Source: Candidatus Magasanikiibacteriota bacterium (lineage in GTDB: Bacteria > Patescibacteriota > Patescibacteriia > Magasanikbacterales > GWA2-37-8). From it: 64,000 nucleotides of DNA. Below the pieces are notes generated by a model. The model saw only the letters and a program-made list of their open reading frames with translations, was not told the DNA's origin and ran no database searches. A program made the position numbers and the translations under genes. The stretch lies in the NCBI GenBank assembly GCA_030650025.1, contig JAUSEN010000008.1, positions 1,164 through 65,163 on the forward strand, written 5' to 3'. Each line of letters opens with the position of its first letter. The stretch's first letter is position 1. Of the stretch, positions 34,795-43,461 are shown one piece after another.

Positions 34795-35157
34795 TTAACG
34801 AGCTTTAATAAACAGCTGTACTATTCCCGAGAGAATTAAAAGCGGGAATCCGATCCAAAACAACAGCAAAACCACGCAAAATATCAACCAGACCAGCAAA
34901 GCCAGGCTGCGCATAATAACTTGGAAGAACCGCATCACAAAACTGATGATTCTCCCCTCCCAATCGTATTGCCCAAACATGGGCACAAAAATATTTTTAA
35001 GCCACAAGCCCGGCGCCAAACGCGCGTTCCCCTGCAAAAACCAAACCCAGCAATTTTTGGCCGCGTGCCCAAAACCAAACGAATACCACCACACGGGAAA
35101 ATAAACCAAATCCAAAATAGCTTCTCCTAAAATCTGTTGGAATACCAAAAAATACAT
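34795..35157 (-). CDS. Small hydrophobic membrane protein, hypothetical
   Basis: 120 aa, mostly TM helices. Gap of 3 nt to the Clp gene. Confidence 0.4.
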   Translation of the reverse strand: MYFLVFQQILGEAILDLVYFPVWWYSFGFGHAAKNCWVWFLQGNARLAPGLWLKNIFVPMFGQYDWEGRIISFVMRFFQVIMRSLALLVWLIFCVVLLLFWIGFPLLILSGIVQLFIKAR

Positions 35158-35226
35158 ACTAAATATAGTATATCATAAAATCAACCAGGCGTCTTGAGAC
35201 GCCTGCCTAAATAACATAACTGAATA

Positions 35227-35589
35227 CTAACGTTGCGCCACTAAACTGGGCGCCGCGGCCTTCAGGCGCGTTACCTTGCCTGCCGACACCATATTAACCG
35301 CGCTAAGCCTAACAGAAATCGCCGTGAGTGACTCGGCCGCGGCCAATTCTGTCTCGATCTTTTTATTGCTAGAATTAAGTTCCGCGATTTTTAACTCTAA
35401 TTTTTGCACTTCGTACCCGGCCGTAGAAACATTACTGACCCCGACTATATACAAAACCGCCATCGCGCCAACGCTCGCTAAAATCGCTACTCGCGCCGGG
35501 AGTAAGCCAAGCCAGCGGGGCACGCGCCACAGCGACCAGTATGCTCGCCAGCTTCTGAATTGATACTTTAAGCGTAGTTTAATAGACAT
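35227..35589 (-). CDS. FtsL-like small bitopic cell-division protein. Assigned by position (mraZ-rsmH-ftsL) and architecture only.
   Basis: Single TM helix (LLPARVAILASVGAMAVLYIVGV) followed by a coiled coil (EVQKLELKIAELNSSNKKIETELAAAESL). Lies directly downstream of rsmH. Confidence 0.45.
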   Translation of the reverse strand: MSIKLRLKYQFRSWRAYWSLWRVPRWLGLLPARVAILASVGAMAVLYIVGVSNVSTAGYEVQKLELKIAELNSSNKKIETELAAAESLTAISVRLSAVNMVSAGKVTRLKAAAPSLVAQR

Positions 35590-35602
35590 ACATTTTTATT
35601 AT

Positions 35603-36514
35603 TTATATTTTTTCTACCACCCGAAGTTTAGCGCTTTTGGCGCGCGCGTTCTCCGCGACTTCCTCCGCGCTCGCCACGATTGGTTTATTATTTACTAATT
35701 TAATAATCTTATTATTAATCGACTTAAAATATTGTTTGACTATTCTGTCTTCTAAAGAATGAAACGCGATCACGGCCAGCCGCCCGCCTTGCGCGAGTAA
35801 AGCCACGGCTTGAGGTAACGCTTGTCGTAATACCTCAAGCTCGTGGTTTACTTCAATCCGGAGGGCTTGAAAAACTTTAGTGGCGGGGTGTAATCCGCCG
35901 ATCCAAGGCACGGGTGCGTCTGTGCGAAGTTTCGCGCGATAGCTTTGTAAAATAATGTCCGAAAGCTCACCGCTTCTCTCGATAGGGTGGCGCTCTCGAG
36001 CCGCCACAATTGCCCGCGCGATTTCGTTGTAGAGATTTTCTTCTCCATAGGTACGAAATAATTTCGCCAAGGCTTCTTCCGAATAACTATTGACTACGTC
36101 AGCCGCGGTGGATGAATTCTTGTCTTGCTGGCCGCCAAAACGCATGTCAAGCGGCTCGTCTGCTAAAAAACTAAAGCCTCTCCCCCGCTCCCTGAACTGC
36201 GGACTGCTCCAGCCCAAATCCATTAAAATCGCGTCGACCGGACCAAAATGATTTTCAACGACAATTTTTTTTAAATTTATAAAATTGTCCCTCACGCCGA
36301 TTACTTGTTCTTGCCATTTATACAAATATTGTTTAGAGCGCAGGAGCGATTCCGGATCCGCGTCAATCCCAAGCAACTTCCCCTTCGGCCCGATCTTTTC
36401 TAAAATTTTGGCTGCGTGGCCGCCGTCTCCGAGCGTGCAATCAACTACCTGCATTCCGCTTTTAAGCTGTAAATTGTCAACAACCTCGTTTAATAATGCC
36501 GGTACATGGCGCAT
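35603..36514 (-). CDS. rsmH: 16S rRNA (cytosine1402-N4)-methyltransferase RsmH (MraW)
   Basis: ...HVPALLNEVVDNLQLKSGMQVVDCTLGDGGHAAKIL... SAM-binding region; ...DLGWSSPQ...; canonical dcw position. Confidence 0.9.
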   Translation of the reverse strand: MRHVPALLNEVVDNLQLKSGMQVVDCTLGDGGHAAKILEKIGPKGKLLGIDADPESLLRSKQYLYKWQEQVIGVRDNFINLKKIVVENHFGPVDAILMDLGWSSPQFRERGRGFSFLADEPLDMRFGGQQDKNSSTAADVVNSYSEEALAKLFRTYGEENLYNEIARAIVAARERHPIERSGELSDIILQSYRAKLRTDAPVPWIGGLHPATKVFQALRIEVNHELEVLRQALPQAVALLAQGGRLAVIAFHSLEDRIVKQYFKSINNKIIKLVNNKPIVASAEEVAENARAKSAKLRVVEKI

Positions 36515-36515
36515 A

Positions 36516-36965
36516 CTAAACTCCTAGTTCCGCCATTTTTTCCGCGATCGCGTTGCTTTCAGCCTCGGTACGGCTCTTATAATGTTCCCACTCGGGTTTA
36601 GCCCAAATTTCTAAGCGGCTGTACAGCCCGGCAATAACTACTTCTTTTTTTAAACCGGCAAAAACTCGCAAATATTCCGGGAGCATGGCGCGACCCTGCT
36701 TATCAATCGGGATATCCATGGCGCCCGCTAGCATTAAACGCGCAAACGCGCGGCTATTAGCTTGAGCCATAGGGAGTGCGGCCAATTTCTCGGCGAGCTT
36801 ACCCCACTCGGCCTTGGTGAAAACAAACAAGCAATTATCAAGACCGCGGGTCACCACTGCCCCTTTTTTTAAGTCATTCCGGAATTTGGCGGGCAGGGCC
36901 ACACGCCCTTTATCGTCTAGCGTGTGCGAAAATTCTCCTATGAACATATGAATTGACGAATTCAT
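36516..36965 (-). CDS. mraZ: Transcriptional regulator MraZ
   Basis: Two MraZ repeats: ...MFIGEFSHTLDDKGRVALPAKFR... and ...DKQGRAMLPEYLR.... Start at the first ATG after the leader hairpin (36965). An alternative ATG at 36947 gives the canonical MFIGEF N-terminus. Confidence 0.85.
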   Translation of the reverse strand: MNSSIHMFIGEFSHTLDDKGRVALPAKFRNDLKKGAVVTRGLDNCLFVFTKAEWGKLAEKLAALPMAQANSRAFARLMLAGAMDIPIDKQGRAMLPEYLRVFAGLKKEVVIAGLYSRLEIWAKPEWEHYKSRTEAESNAIAEKMAELGV

Positions 36966-37036
36966 GCCCGATTCAACAGAATCGTGCCGAGCAGTGTCCT
37001 TTGAAGCTCGGCTCGCATTCCTTTGAAGCGCGGCGC
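36966..37036 (-). promoter_or_regulatory. Third, compensated copy of the two-hairpin leader motif (plus a partial tandem extra copy) abutting the mraZ start
   Basis: Minus strand: GCGCCGCGC-TTCAAAGGAATGCGA-GCCGAGC-TTCAAAGGACACT-GCTCGGC-AC-GATTCTGTTGAATCG-GGC-ATG. Stem 1 is GCCGAGC/GCTCGGC here versus GCGCCGCGC/GCGCGGCAC at rplQ and rpsM. The loop is conserved. Confidence 0.5.
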
Positions 37037-37234
37037 TAGTGAGTAAAGTAGTAAGACAAGCATTTTCACCACTCTTCCCCACTTATAACCATTTTACACC
37101 ACTTAAAAACACTAGTCAACACTTAAAACCAGAGTTATCCACAGTCCTTCGGTCGCCTAAGGCGACCTTCGGACTGCAAGCGCTTTTTTGCGTGTCTAAG
37201 ACGAATAATATGCGCAGACGATAAAATAAAAAAA

Positions 37235-37260
37235 CAGGGGCATGATATATCATGCCCCTG
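37235..37260. terminator. Bidirectional intrinsic terminator (CAGGGGCATGATATATCATGCCCCTG) downstream of the MBL-fold gene
   Basis: Perfect palindrome flanked by AAAAAAA 5' and TGAATTTTTTTATT 3'. The minus strand reads hairpin plus TGTTTTTTTATTTT. Confidence 0.7.
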
Positions 37261-37296
37261 TGAATTTTTTTATTCTCTAAAACAAGTTAATAATTT

Positions 37297-38715
37297 TTAG
37301 ACCCTAACCTCTAAGCCCACGTTTACCACTGTGGCTTTCACCCCCAAATCCTCGGTTATTCTTTTGGCGAGAGCTTCCGAAGCCACCGGGTCGCCGTGGT
37401 TTAAATAAACCTTTTTTGGAGTCGTAGCGCCTCCGCCAATCCAATCAAGGAGTTTATCCTGATCGCCGTGCGCGGACAGCGCTCCCACCATTTTTACTTT
37501 GCATCTTACCTCGACTCTCTCGCCAAGTATGTCTACAAAACGCTGGCCGTCCACAATTTTCCGCCCCAGCGTCCCTGCGGACTGGTAGCCAATGATGAGC
37601 AAAGTATTTTTGGGGTCTGACAAATAGCGCAGAGCGTGGAACACAATGCGCCCGCCGTTCATCATACCCGCGCCCGCGATAATAATTTTACAACCCGGCG
37701 TGTGGTTAATCTTCATGGATTCTTCGCGCAAATGAGTGAGCGTGAGGCCGGGAAAATTAAATAAATCATCGCCCGCTTTAAAATATTTAGCGGCTTCAGC
37801 GTCGTAATACTCGGGATATTTTTCGTAAACTTTAATAGCATCAATTGCCAAAGGCGAATCTAAAAAAATCGGAACCCGAGGCAGTTTCTTCTTACGGTCA
37901 ATCAAATCATTTAATTCATATAATAACTCTTGAGTGCGCTCGAGCGAAAAAGACGGAATCATAACCACGCCACCCCGCTCTATCCCCTCGCGAATCATAT
38001 TTTCGATTACTTCTTGCCGCTCGTGCACACTCTCGTGCAAGCGATTGCCATATGTCGATTCGCAAATCAGGGCGTCTAGCCCCCCGGGCAATTTTTCGGT
38101 ATCACGGAGTATCGGCACCTCAACGTTGCCGACGTCCCCACTAAACACAATTCGCTTCCCCTCACCGGCAATTTCAATAAACGCCGAACCAAAAATATGC
38201 CCCGCGTCGTGAAACTTAACGACAACCTCACCACTAGTGTCATTCCCGCGTAAGCGGGAATCTAACTCTCTTGACTTCAAGATCCCCGCTTTCGCGGGGA
38301 TGACAATCTCCTCTCCATATTCCACTCCCACAAACATGCTCATCACGCTAGCGATGTCGCTCTCTGCATACAAAATTGGCGTCTTTAATTTGCGATTGTT
38401 ATAAGTCATGACGTTGAGCGCGTCGTCCAAAATTAGCTGCGCCAGCTCCACGGTTGGTTTGGTCGCGTAAATCTTGCCCGCAAAACCATTTTTCGTTAAG
38501 AGCGGCAAACGCCCCACGTGGTCCAAATGCGCGTGGGTCACAAACACGGCCGCGATGGCTTTGTGATCATACCCGAGCGGTTCTGAATTTCTCTTCTCAA
38601 TTTCCGGACTGCCCTGATGCAGGCCACAATCAACCAAAAACTTCTGGCCGCCAACCTCAATCATACTATTAGAACCCGTCACTTCCCGCGCCGCCCCAAA
38701 AAACGTAATTTTCAT
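37297..38715 (-). CDS. MBL-fold metallo-hydrolase (beta-CASP / RNA-metabolising type) with an in-frame MITE insertion
   Basis: HxHxDH motif VFVTHAHLDHVGRLP; ...FHDAGHIFGSAFIEI.... The inserted segment IPAKAGILKSRELDSRLRGNDTSGE is encoded by the element at 38239-38305. Confidence 0.75.
   Translation of the reverse strand: MKITFFGAAREVTGSNSMIEVGGQKFLVDCGLHQGSPEIEKRNSEPLGYDHKAIAAVFVTHAHLDHVGRLPLLTKNGFAGKIYATKPTVELAQLILDDALNVMTYNNRKLKTPILYAESDIASVMSMFVGVEYGEEIVIPAKAGILKSRELDSRLRGNDTSGEVVVKFHDAGHIFGSAFIEIAGEGKRIVFSGDVGNVEVPILRDTEKLPGGLDALICESTYGNRLHESVHERQEVIENMIREGIERGGVVMIPSFSLERTQELLYELNDLIDRKKKLPRVPIFLDSPLAIDAIKVYEKYPEYYDAEAAKYFKAGDDLFNFPGLTLTHLREESMKINHTPGCKIIIAGAGMMNGGRIVFHALRYLSDPKNTLLIIGYQSAGTLGRKIVDGQRFVDILGERVEVRCKVKMVGALSAHGDQDKLLDWIGGGATTPKKVYLNHGDPVASEALAKRITEDLGVKATVVNVGLEVRV
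38239..38305. repeat. Complete ~67-bp MITE-like element (TGTCATTCCCGCGTAAGCGGGAATC...GATCCCCGCTTTCGCGGGGATGACA) inserted inside the MBL-fold CDS
   Basis: TGTCAT/ATGACA termini. Two internal hairpins: ATTCCCGCgtaaGCGGGAAT and ATCCCCGCtttcGCGGGGAT. The host ORF remains open. Confidence 0.6.
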
Positions 38716-38976
38716 GTAAATCTTCGTTATTTAATCTAAAAAATAAACTTAACTCTATATATTAGAGCTCTTTGAATATTATACCAACCGCCATCTCAAA
38801 ACACAATTCGAAACACCTCCTCAAGCCGCCCAGTGTGCATAACTTCACACGTATGTACTTTACGCATAATCCTGTCATCTTGAGCGTAGCGAAAGATCTA
38901 AGCGTTTTATATTTTGGCGAATTGACTTAGATAAACTTAAATCAAGTGATAATTCTGCTATGAGAAATCCATACCG

Positions 38977-39005
38977 GATTCCGGAGCTCCCTTTAGGGGG
39001 AGCTT
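38977..39005 (+). terminator. Orphan intrinsic-terminator-like hairpin in a 415-bp intergenic region
   Basis: GGAGCTCCCtttaGGGGGAGCT followed by TTTTTTCTTATTTTT. No annotated plus-strand gene lies upstream. A MITE fragment sits at 38873-38906. Confidence 0.4.
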
Positions 39006-39132
39006 TTTTCTTATTTTTCTCCTCTATTCAAAACCTAAAAAATCTGGTAAGCTATTCTTTGTAATAAACCACTCTCCCGTGGAAATTTTTGGTTACATTT
39101 AACCACGTTTAGACTTTCTTAACCATCGCGAC

Positions 39133-39831
39133 ATGACGCTTCCTAACTTAGATAAAATTGAAATTGTCGAACCCCCGATTCAAGAACTGACAACCAAGCC
39201 CTCGGTCTGGAAGCGCGCGGCCCTGCTCGGTTGTGGCGGGCTCCTCTTGGTTTTAATTATATTATTCGTGAGCATAAAAATTGCCCTCGGGCCGGGTCCA
39301 GAAACTTTGCGCGCCGTGCCCGCGAGCTTCCCGAGTAACATCCCCATTTACGACAAAGAAAATATTGAAACCATTACCTATATTCCCGGGCGCTATAAAA
39401 ATCGAGCGGTAGAAATCGCCGCCTTATTCCCAAAAATAATTTTAGCGCCGCTTTTTATTAGTTTAGATGATAACGCGGTTGTAAATACCACAACAGTAAA
39501 AACAAACTCCGGATTTTCAGCTAAAAAACTTTGGCGGGTGATAGCCACGCCTGTCAGTAACGCCCATGATACTGTACAAATCGAGTGGCACCGCTCCAGC
39601 GCTGGCCCCAAATTTGTCTACTCTTATTACCAAAGCGAACTAAAAAAGAAAAAATTTACCATTGAATCCGAGACCCACAGCCCAGGCTTTAGGCAATTTT
39701 CTTTTAAAAACGCCACTGTCAGCGGCTTCTTCGCGGTACGCGGAGAGAGCGAAGAAACCGGCGCTGATTACATGGTGTTAACTGTCAACATCGCGCCGAG
39801 CGCTAATTTAAGTTCTCCCGCGCTCAAATAA
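39133..39831 (+). CDS. Hypothetical membrane-anchored protein
   Basis: Single N-terminal TM helix (AALLGCGGLLLVLIILFVSIKIAL) and a ~190-aa extracytoplasmic domain. No recognisable motif. Confidence 0.4.
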   Translation: MTLPNLDKIEIVEPPIQELTTKPSVWKRAALLGCGGLLLVLIILFVSIKIALGPGPETLRAVPASFPSNIPIYDKENIETITYIPGRYKNRAVEIAALFPKIILAPLFISLDDNAVVNTTTVKTNSGFSAKKLWRVIATPVSNAHDTVQIEWHRSSAGPKFVYSYYQSELKKKKFTIESETHSPGFRQFSFKNATVSGFFAVRGESEETGADYMVLTVNIAPSANLSSPALK

Positions 39832-39835
39832 AACT

Positions 39836-41452
39836 GTGATTAAAATTCTCAATTCCATTTCTAAATCAGTCACCGGGGCCGCCTTAATGATATCGGCCGC
39901 TACTTTAGTTAGCCGCCTGATCGGGCTTCTGCGTGATCGCGCCTTTATGCACTATTTTGGCGCCGGGCCCGTCATGGACGCTTATTACGCGGCCTTTAAA
40001 ATTCCGGACTTAATTTATAATCTTTTAATCGTTGGCGCCTTAACTGCTGGTTTTATTCCGGTTTTTACCAAACTATTTTACGAAGCGAGCGACCCCTCTC
40101 CGGCCTGGCGGCTCGCTAGTAACATCGTCAATCTGGCGGCTGTCATTTTACTAATCGTCTGCGTCGCTGGAGTGGTATTCATGCCCGCTTTGGCCAAAAT
40201 CATTGCCCCGGGATTTTCTTTAGCCAACCAAAAAATCATGATAACTTTTAGCCGCATCATGTTCTTTTCGCCATTTTTACTCGGCATTTCCATGGTCATG
40301 GGTGGCATTCTGCAATCCCTGCGGCAATTTGTTTTATATGCCATCGCCCCGATATTTTACAATTTAGGCATAATCTTCGGCACAATTTTTTTAGTCCCGA
40401 CCCGCCTCGGCTTAAACGGCTTGGCGTGGGGTGTGGTTTTAGGCGCCGCCCTGCACGCGGGCATTCAAATTTATGGCGCTCATAAAAATGGCTGGCGCTG
40501 GCAACCCCTCCTTAATTTTAGAGATAAAAACGCCAAATTGATTGGCCGCCTCATGCTCCCCCGCACTTTAGGCTTGGCCATGACTCAAATCAACCTGGTA
40601 GTTATAACCATTCTGGCTTCGCTGTTACCAGCCGGCAGCGTTACTGTATTTAATTTAGCCAACAACTTGCAGGCCGTGCCAAGCGGCCTCATTGGGATTC
40701 CTTTTGCTTTGGCTGTCTTCCCCATTCTTGCTTCGGCCGCTGGCAAAAATCCCGAAGAGTTCCGCCGTTATTTTTCGGCCACCCTCCGCCAAATTATTTT
40801 TTTAATCGCTCCCTGCGCGATCGCTCTTTTAATATTGCGCGCCCAATTCGTGCGCATTTTGTGGGGCACCGGCGAATTTAACTGGGCCGCCACAATCGCG
40901 ACCGCTAACACCGTGGCGTTTTTTGCTCTCGGGTTAGTTAGCCAAGCGGTCATTCCGCTTTTCGCGCGCGGTTTTTACGCTTTTCATAATACCAAAACCC
41001 CATTTGTGATTAGCCTGATTTCCGAATTAATCAGCATTATCGCCGCTCTCGTCTTGATGCGCCCACTCGGAGTCGCGGGGCTGGCTCTCGCGGCAACGCT
41101 CGGCGCCACACTCAATGCTGTCCTGCTCTATTGGCATCTGCGCCCCTTAACCGGCCCCTTAGAAGGAGATAGGCTGTGGCAAACCACGCTCAAAGTTTCG
41201 CTCGCCGCGCTTATTATGGCGATTATTACCCAAACTCTTAAATACCCGCTCGCGCTAATTTTTGATTTAGATAGATTTTGGGGAATATTCTTGCAAGGCC
41301 TAACCACCGGCCTAATTGGCCTAGCCGCTTATTTCTTAATTTGTTACTTATTAAAGCTGGAGGAGATGGTCCACCTCCAAGCCAGCCTGCGGCGCAAATG
41401 GCTACGCCTCTGGAGCATCCCCGCTGGCATTGATGAAGCCGAAAGTTTATAA
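39836..41452 (+). CDS. murJ: Lipid II flippase MurJ (MOP/MVF family)
   Basis: ...TLVSRLIGLLRDRAFMHYFGAGPVMDAYYAAFKIPDLIYNL... canonical MurJ N-terminus; ~14 TM helices. Confidence 0.85.
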   Translation: MIKILNSISKSVTGAALMISAATLVSRLIGLLRDRAFMHYFGAGPVMDAYYAAFKIPDLIYNLLIVGALTAGFIPVFTKLFYEASDPSPAWRLASNIVNLAAVILLIVCVAGVVFMPALAKIIAPGFSLANQKIMITFSRIMFFSPFLLGISMVMGGILQSLRQFVLYAIAPIFYNLGIIFGTIFLVPTRLGLNGLAWGVVLGAALHAGIQIYGAHKNGWRWQPLLNFRDKNAKLIGRLMLPRTLGLAMTQINLVVITILASLLPAGSVTVFNLANNLQAVPSGLIGIPFALAVFPILASAAGKNPEEFRRYFSATLRQIIFLIAPCAIALLILRAQFVRILWGTGEFNWAATIATANTVAFFALGLVSQAVIPLFARGFYAFHNTKTPFVISLISELISIIAALVLMRPLGVAGLALAATLGATLNAVLLYWHLRPLTGPLEGDRLWQTTLKVSLAALIMAIITQTLKYPLALIFDLDRFWGIFLQGLTTGLIGLAAYFLICYLLKLEEMVHLQASLRRKWLRLWSIPAGIDEAESL

Positions 41453-41460
41453 TTTTTCTT

Positions 41461-43275
41461 GTGAATAGCCACATCCGTAACTTCTGTATTATAGCCCACA
41501 TTGATCACGGCAAATCCACCTTGGCGGATCGATTCTTGGAATTCACCAAAACCGTGGCCGCCCGCGACATGAAATCACAACTCCTCGACAGCATGGATCT
41601 GGAGCGCGAACGCGGCATTACTATTAAACTCGCCCCGGTGCGTATGCATTATACCAATTCCGGAACCGAATACATTTTAAATCTCATCGACACTCCCGGA
41701 CACGTGGATTTCAATTACGAAGTTTCACGATCGCTCGCGGCGGTGGAAGGCGCCATACTCCTCGTGGACGCGACCCAAGGCGTGCAAGCCCAGACCATTG
41801 GCAATTTATATTTAGCCTTAGAGCAAAACTTAAGCATTATTCCGGTTATTAATAAAATCGACATGGCTATCGCCAATGTCGAAAAGACCCGGGCCGAAAT
41901 CAAAAGCTTGACCGGGTGCAAAGACCAAGACATTATTCTCGCCTCTGGCAAAACCGGGCAAGGGGTCCCCGAAATTCTGGAAGCTATTATTAAACGCGTT
42001 CCGCCGCCTGCGAACAATATTCAAACTACCCCCCGCGCCCTTATTTTTGATTCCTTGTTCAACGAATATAAAGGTGTCGTGGCCTCGGTGCGCGTAGTGG
42101 ACGGCGTCTTAAAAAAAGGCGATAAAATTATTCTGATGTCTACCCGCGCTCCCGCCGAAATTTTAGAACTGGGCTATTATGTGCCTAAATTCCACCCCGC
42201 GCCCGAACTAAAAAATGGGGAAATTGGTTATATTGTCACTGGCCTTAAAGAAGTACGCGATTGCCGTGTCGGCGACACTATCACTCTCTACGATAAAGCC
42301 CGTGGCGCTTTAAGCCAATCGCCCCTCCCTGGGTATAAAGAAGTCAAACCCATGGTCTTTGCCGGCATCTTCCCCAAAGACGGTTCCGCCTACGAAGAAC
42401 TGCGCGACGCTATTGAGAAGCTTAAACTAAGCGACTCGGCCTTAATTTTTGAACCCGAGCACTCCTCGGCCCTTGGCTTTGGGTTTCGCTGTGGCTTTTT
42501 AGGAATGTTGCATCTAGATATTTTTCAAGAACGCTTAAAACGTGAACACGATCTCGAAGTCGTCATTACCGCGCCGAGCGTAGCCTATCAGGTAACCAAA
42601 ACTAATGGCGCCGTAGTCGTCATCAAAAGCCCCACTGAAATGCCCGAGCAGAATTATGTGGTAGAAGTAGAAGAACCGTGGATGAAGCTTGATATTATCA
42701 CCCCCAAAGATTATGTCGGCGCTGTGATGGGCTTAGTCCAAGAGCGCCAAGGACGTTACCTCACTACCGAATATCTCTCGTCCGGGGCGGACCAAAGAGC
42801 CTTATTACACTACGAAATTCCGCTGGCTTCTCTGATTACTGATTTTTATGATAAACTAAAAACTGTCACCTCTGGCTATGCCTCCATGAACTACGAACTC
42901 AAAGGCTACCACAAAACCGAAGTAGTGCGCCTCGATATTTTAGTGGCCGATGATTTAGTGGAGTCTTTAGCCACTCTGGTTTGGAAGTCAGACGCCCACG
43001 CCGTGGGCAAAAAAATTTGCGCCGCGCTCAAGGACAGTTTGCCGCGCCAGCAATTTGAATTAAAAATCCAGGCCGCGATTGGTGGCAAAATTATTGCCGC
43101 CGAGAGGCTGTCGGCCCTGCGTAAAGATGTTTTGGCCAAGATGAGCGGCGGCGACGTTACCCGCAAAATGAAACTGCTCAAAAAACAAAAACAGGGCAAA
43201 GCCAAAATGAAAGCCGCGGGCTTGAGCAAAGTTAATATCCCGACTGAAGCGTATCTGGCCGTGCTGAAGCGTTAA
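41461..43275 (+). CDS. lepA: Elongation factor 4 (LepA)
   Basis: IRNFCIIAHIDHGKSTLADR (G1); DTPGHVDF (G3); NKID (G4); conserved LepA C-terminal domain. Confidence 0.95.
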   Translation: MNSHIRNFCIIAHIDHGKSTLADRFLEFTKTVAARDMKSQLLDSMDLERERGITIKLAPVRMHYTNSGTEYILNLIDTPGHVDFNYEVSRSLAAVEGAILLVDATQGVQAQTIGNLYLALEQNLSIIPVINKIDMAIANVEKTRAEIKSLTGCKDQDIILASGKTGQGVPEILEAIIKRVPPPANNIQTTPRALIFDSLFNEYKGVVASVRVVDGVLKKGDKIILMSTRAPAEILELGYYVPKFHPAPELKNGEIGYIVTGLKEVRDCRVGDTITLYDKARGALSQSPLPGYKEVKPMVFAGIFPKDGSAYEELRDAIEKLKLSDSALIFEPEHSSALGFGFRCGFLGMLHLDIFQERLKREHDLEVVITAPSVAYQVTKTNGAVVVIKSPTEMPEQNYVVEVEEPWMKLDIITPKDYVGAVMGLVQERQGRYLTTEYLSSGADQRALLHYEIPLASLITDFYDKLKTVTSGYASMNYELKGYHKTEVVRLDILVADDLVESLATLVWKSDAHAVGKKICAALKDSLPRQQFELKIQAAIGGKIIAAERLSALRKDVLAKMSGGDVTRKMKLLKKQKQGKAKMKAAGLSKVNIPTEAYLAVLKR

Positions 43276-43291
43276 AATACCCCGTCATTGC

Positions 43292-43320
43292 GAGCCCCCG
43301 ACGCAGTCGGGGCAAAGCAA
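43292..43320 (+). terminator. Possible intrinsic terminator after lepA
   Basis: CCCCGACgcaGTCGGGG hairpin followed by CAAAGCAATTTTT. Weak T-run spacing. Preceded by a GTCATTGCGAGC MITE-like end. Confidence 0.35.
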
Positions 43321-43356
43321 TTTTTAAAAATTATAATTAATTTCTCAAATTTACTT

Positions 43357-43452
43357 ATGAAGAGAAAAACTATCAAATCACTCTGGACCCTGGTTGCCGT
43401 GATTGGCATTATCGCCATGCTGATGTTTACAGCTTTGCCGGCTTTCCAATAA
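43357..43452 (+). CDS. Possible 31-aa small hydrophobic peptide (MKRKTIKSLWTLVAVIGIIAMLMFTALPAFQ)
   Basis: Hand-translated ORF in the lepA-recJ gap. KRK followed by one TM helix. No SD-like sequence was checked. Confidence 0.25.
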   Translation: MKRKTIKSLWTLVAVIGIIAMLMFTALPAFQ

Positions 43453-43461
43453 AATAAATTT

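Noticed and set aside
38716-39132. 415-bp intergenic region as a possible ncRNA locus
   Set aside because: It contains only a MITE fragment and one terminator-like hairpin. It has no recognisable RNA family features and may be a decayed-element graveyard.
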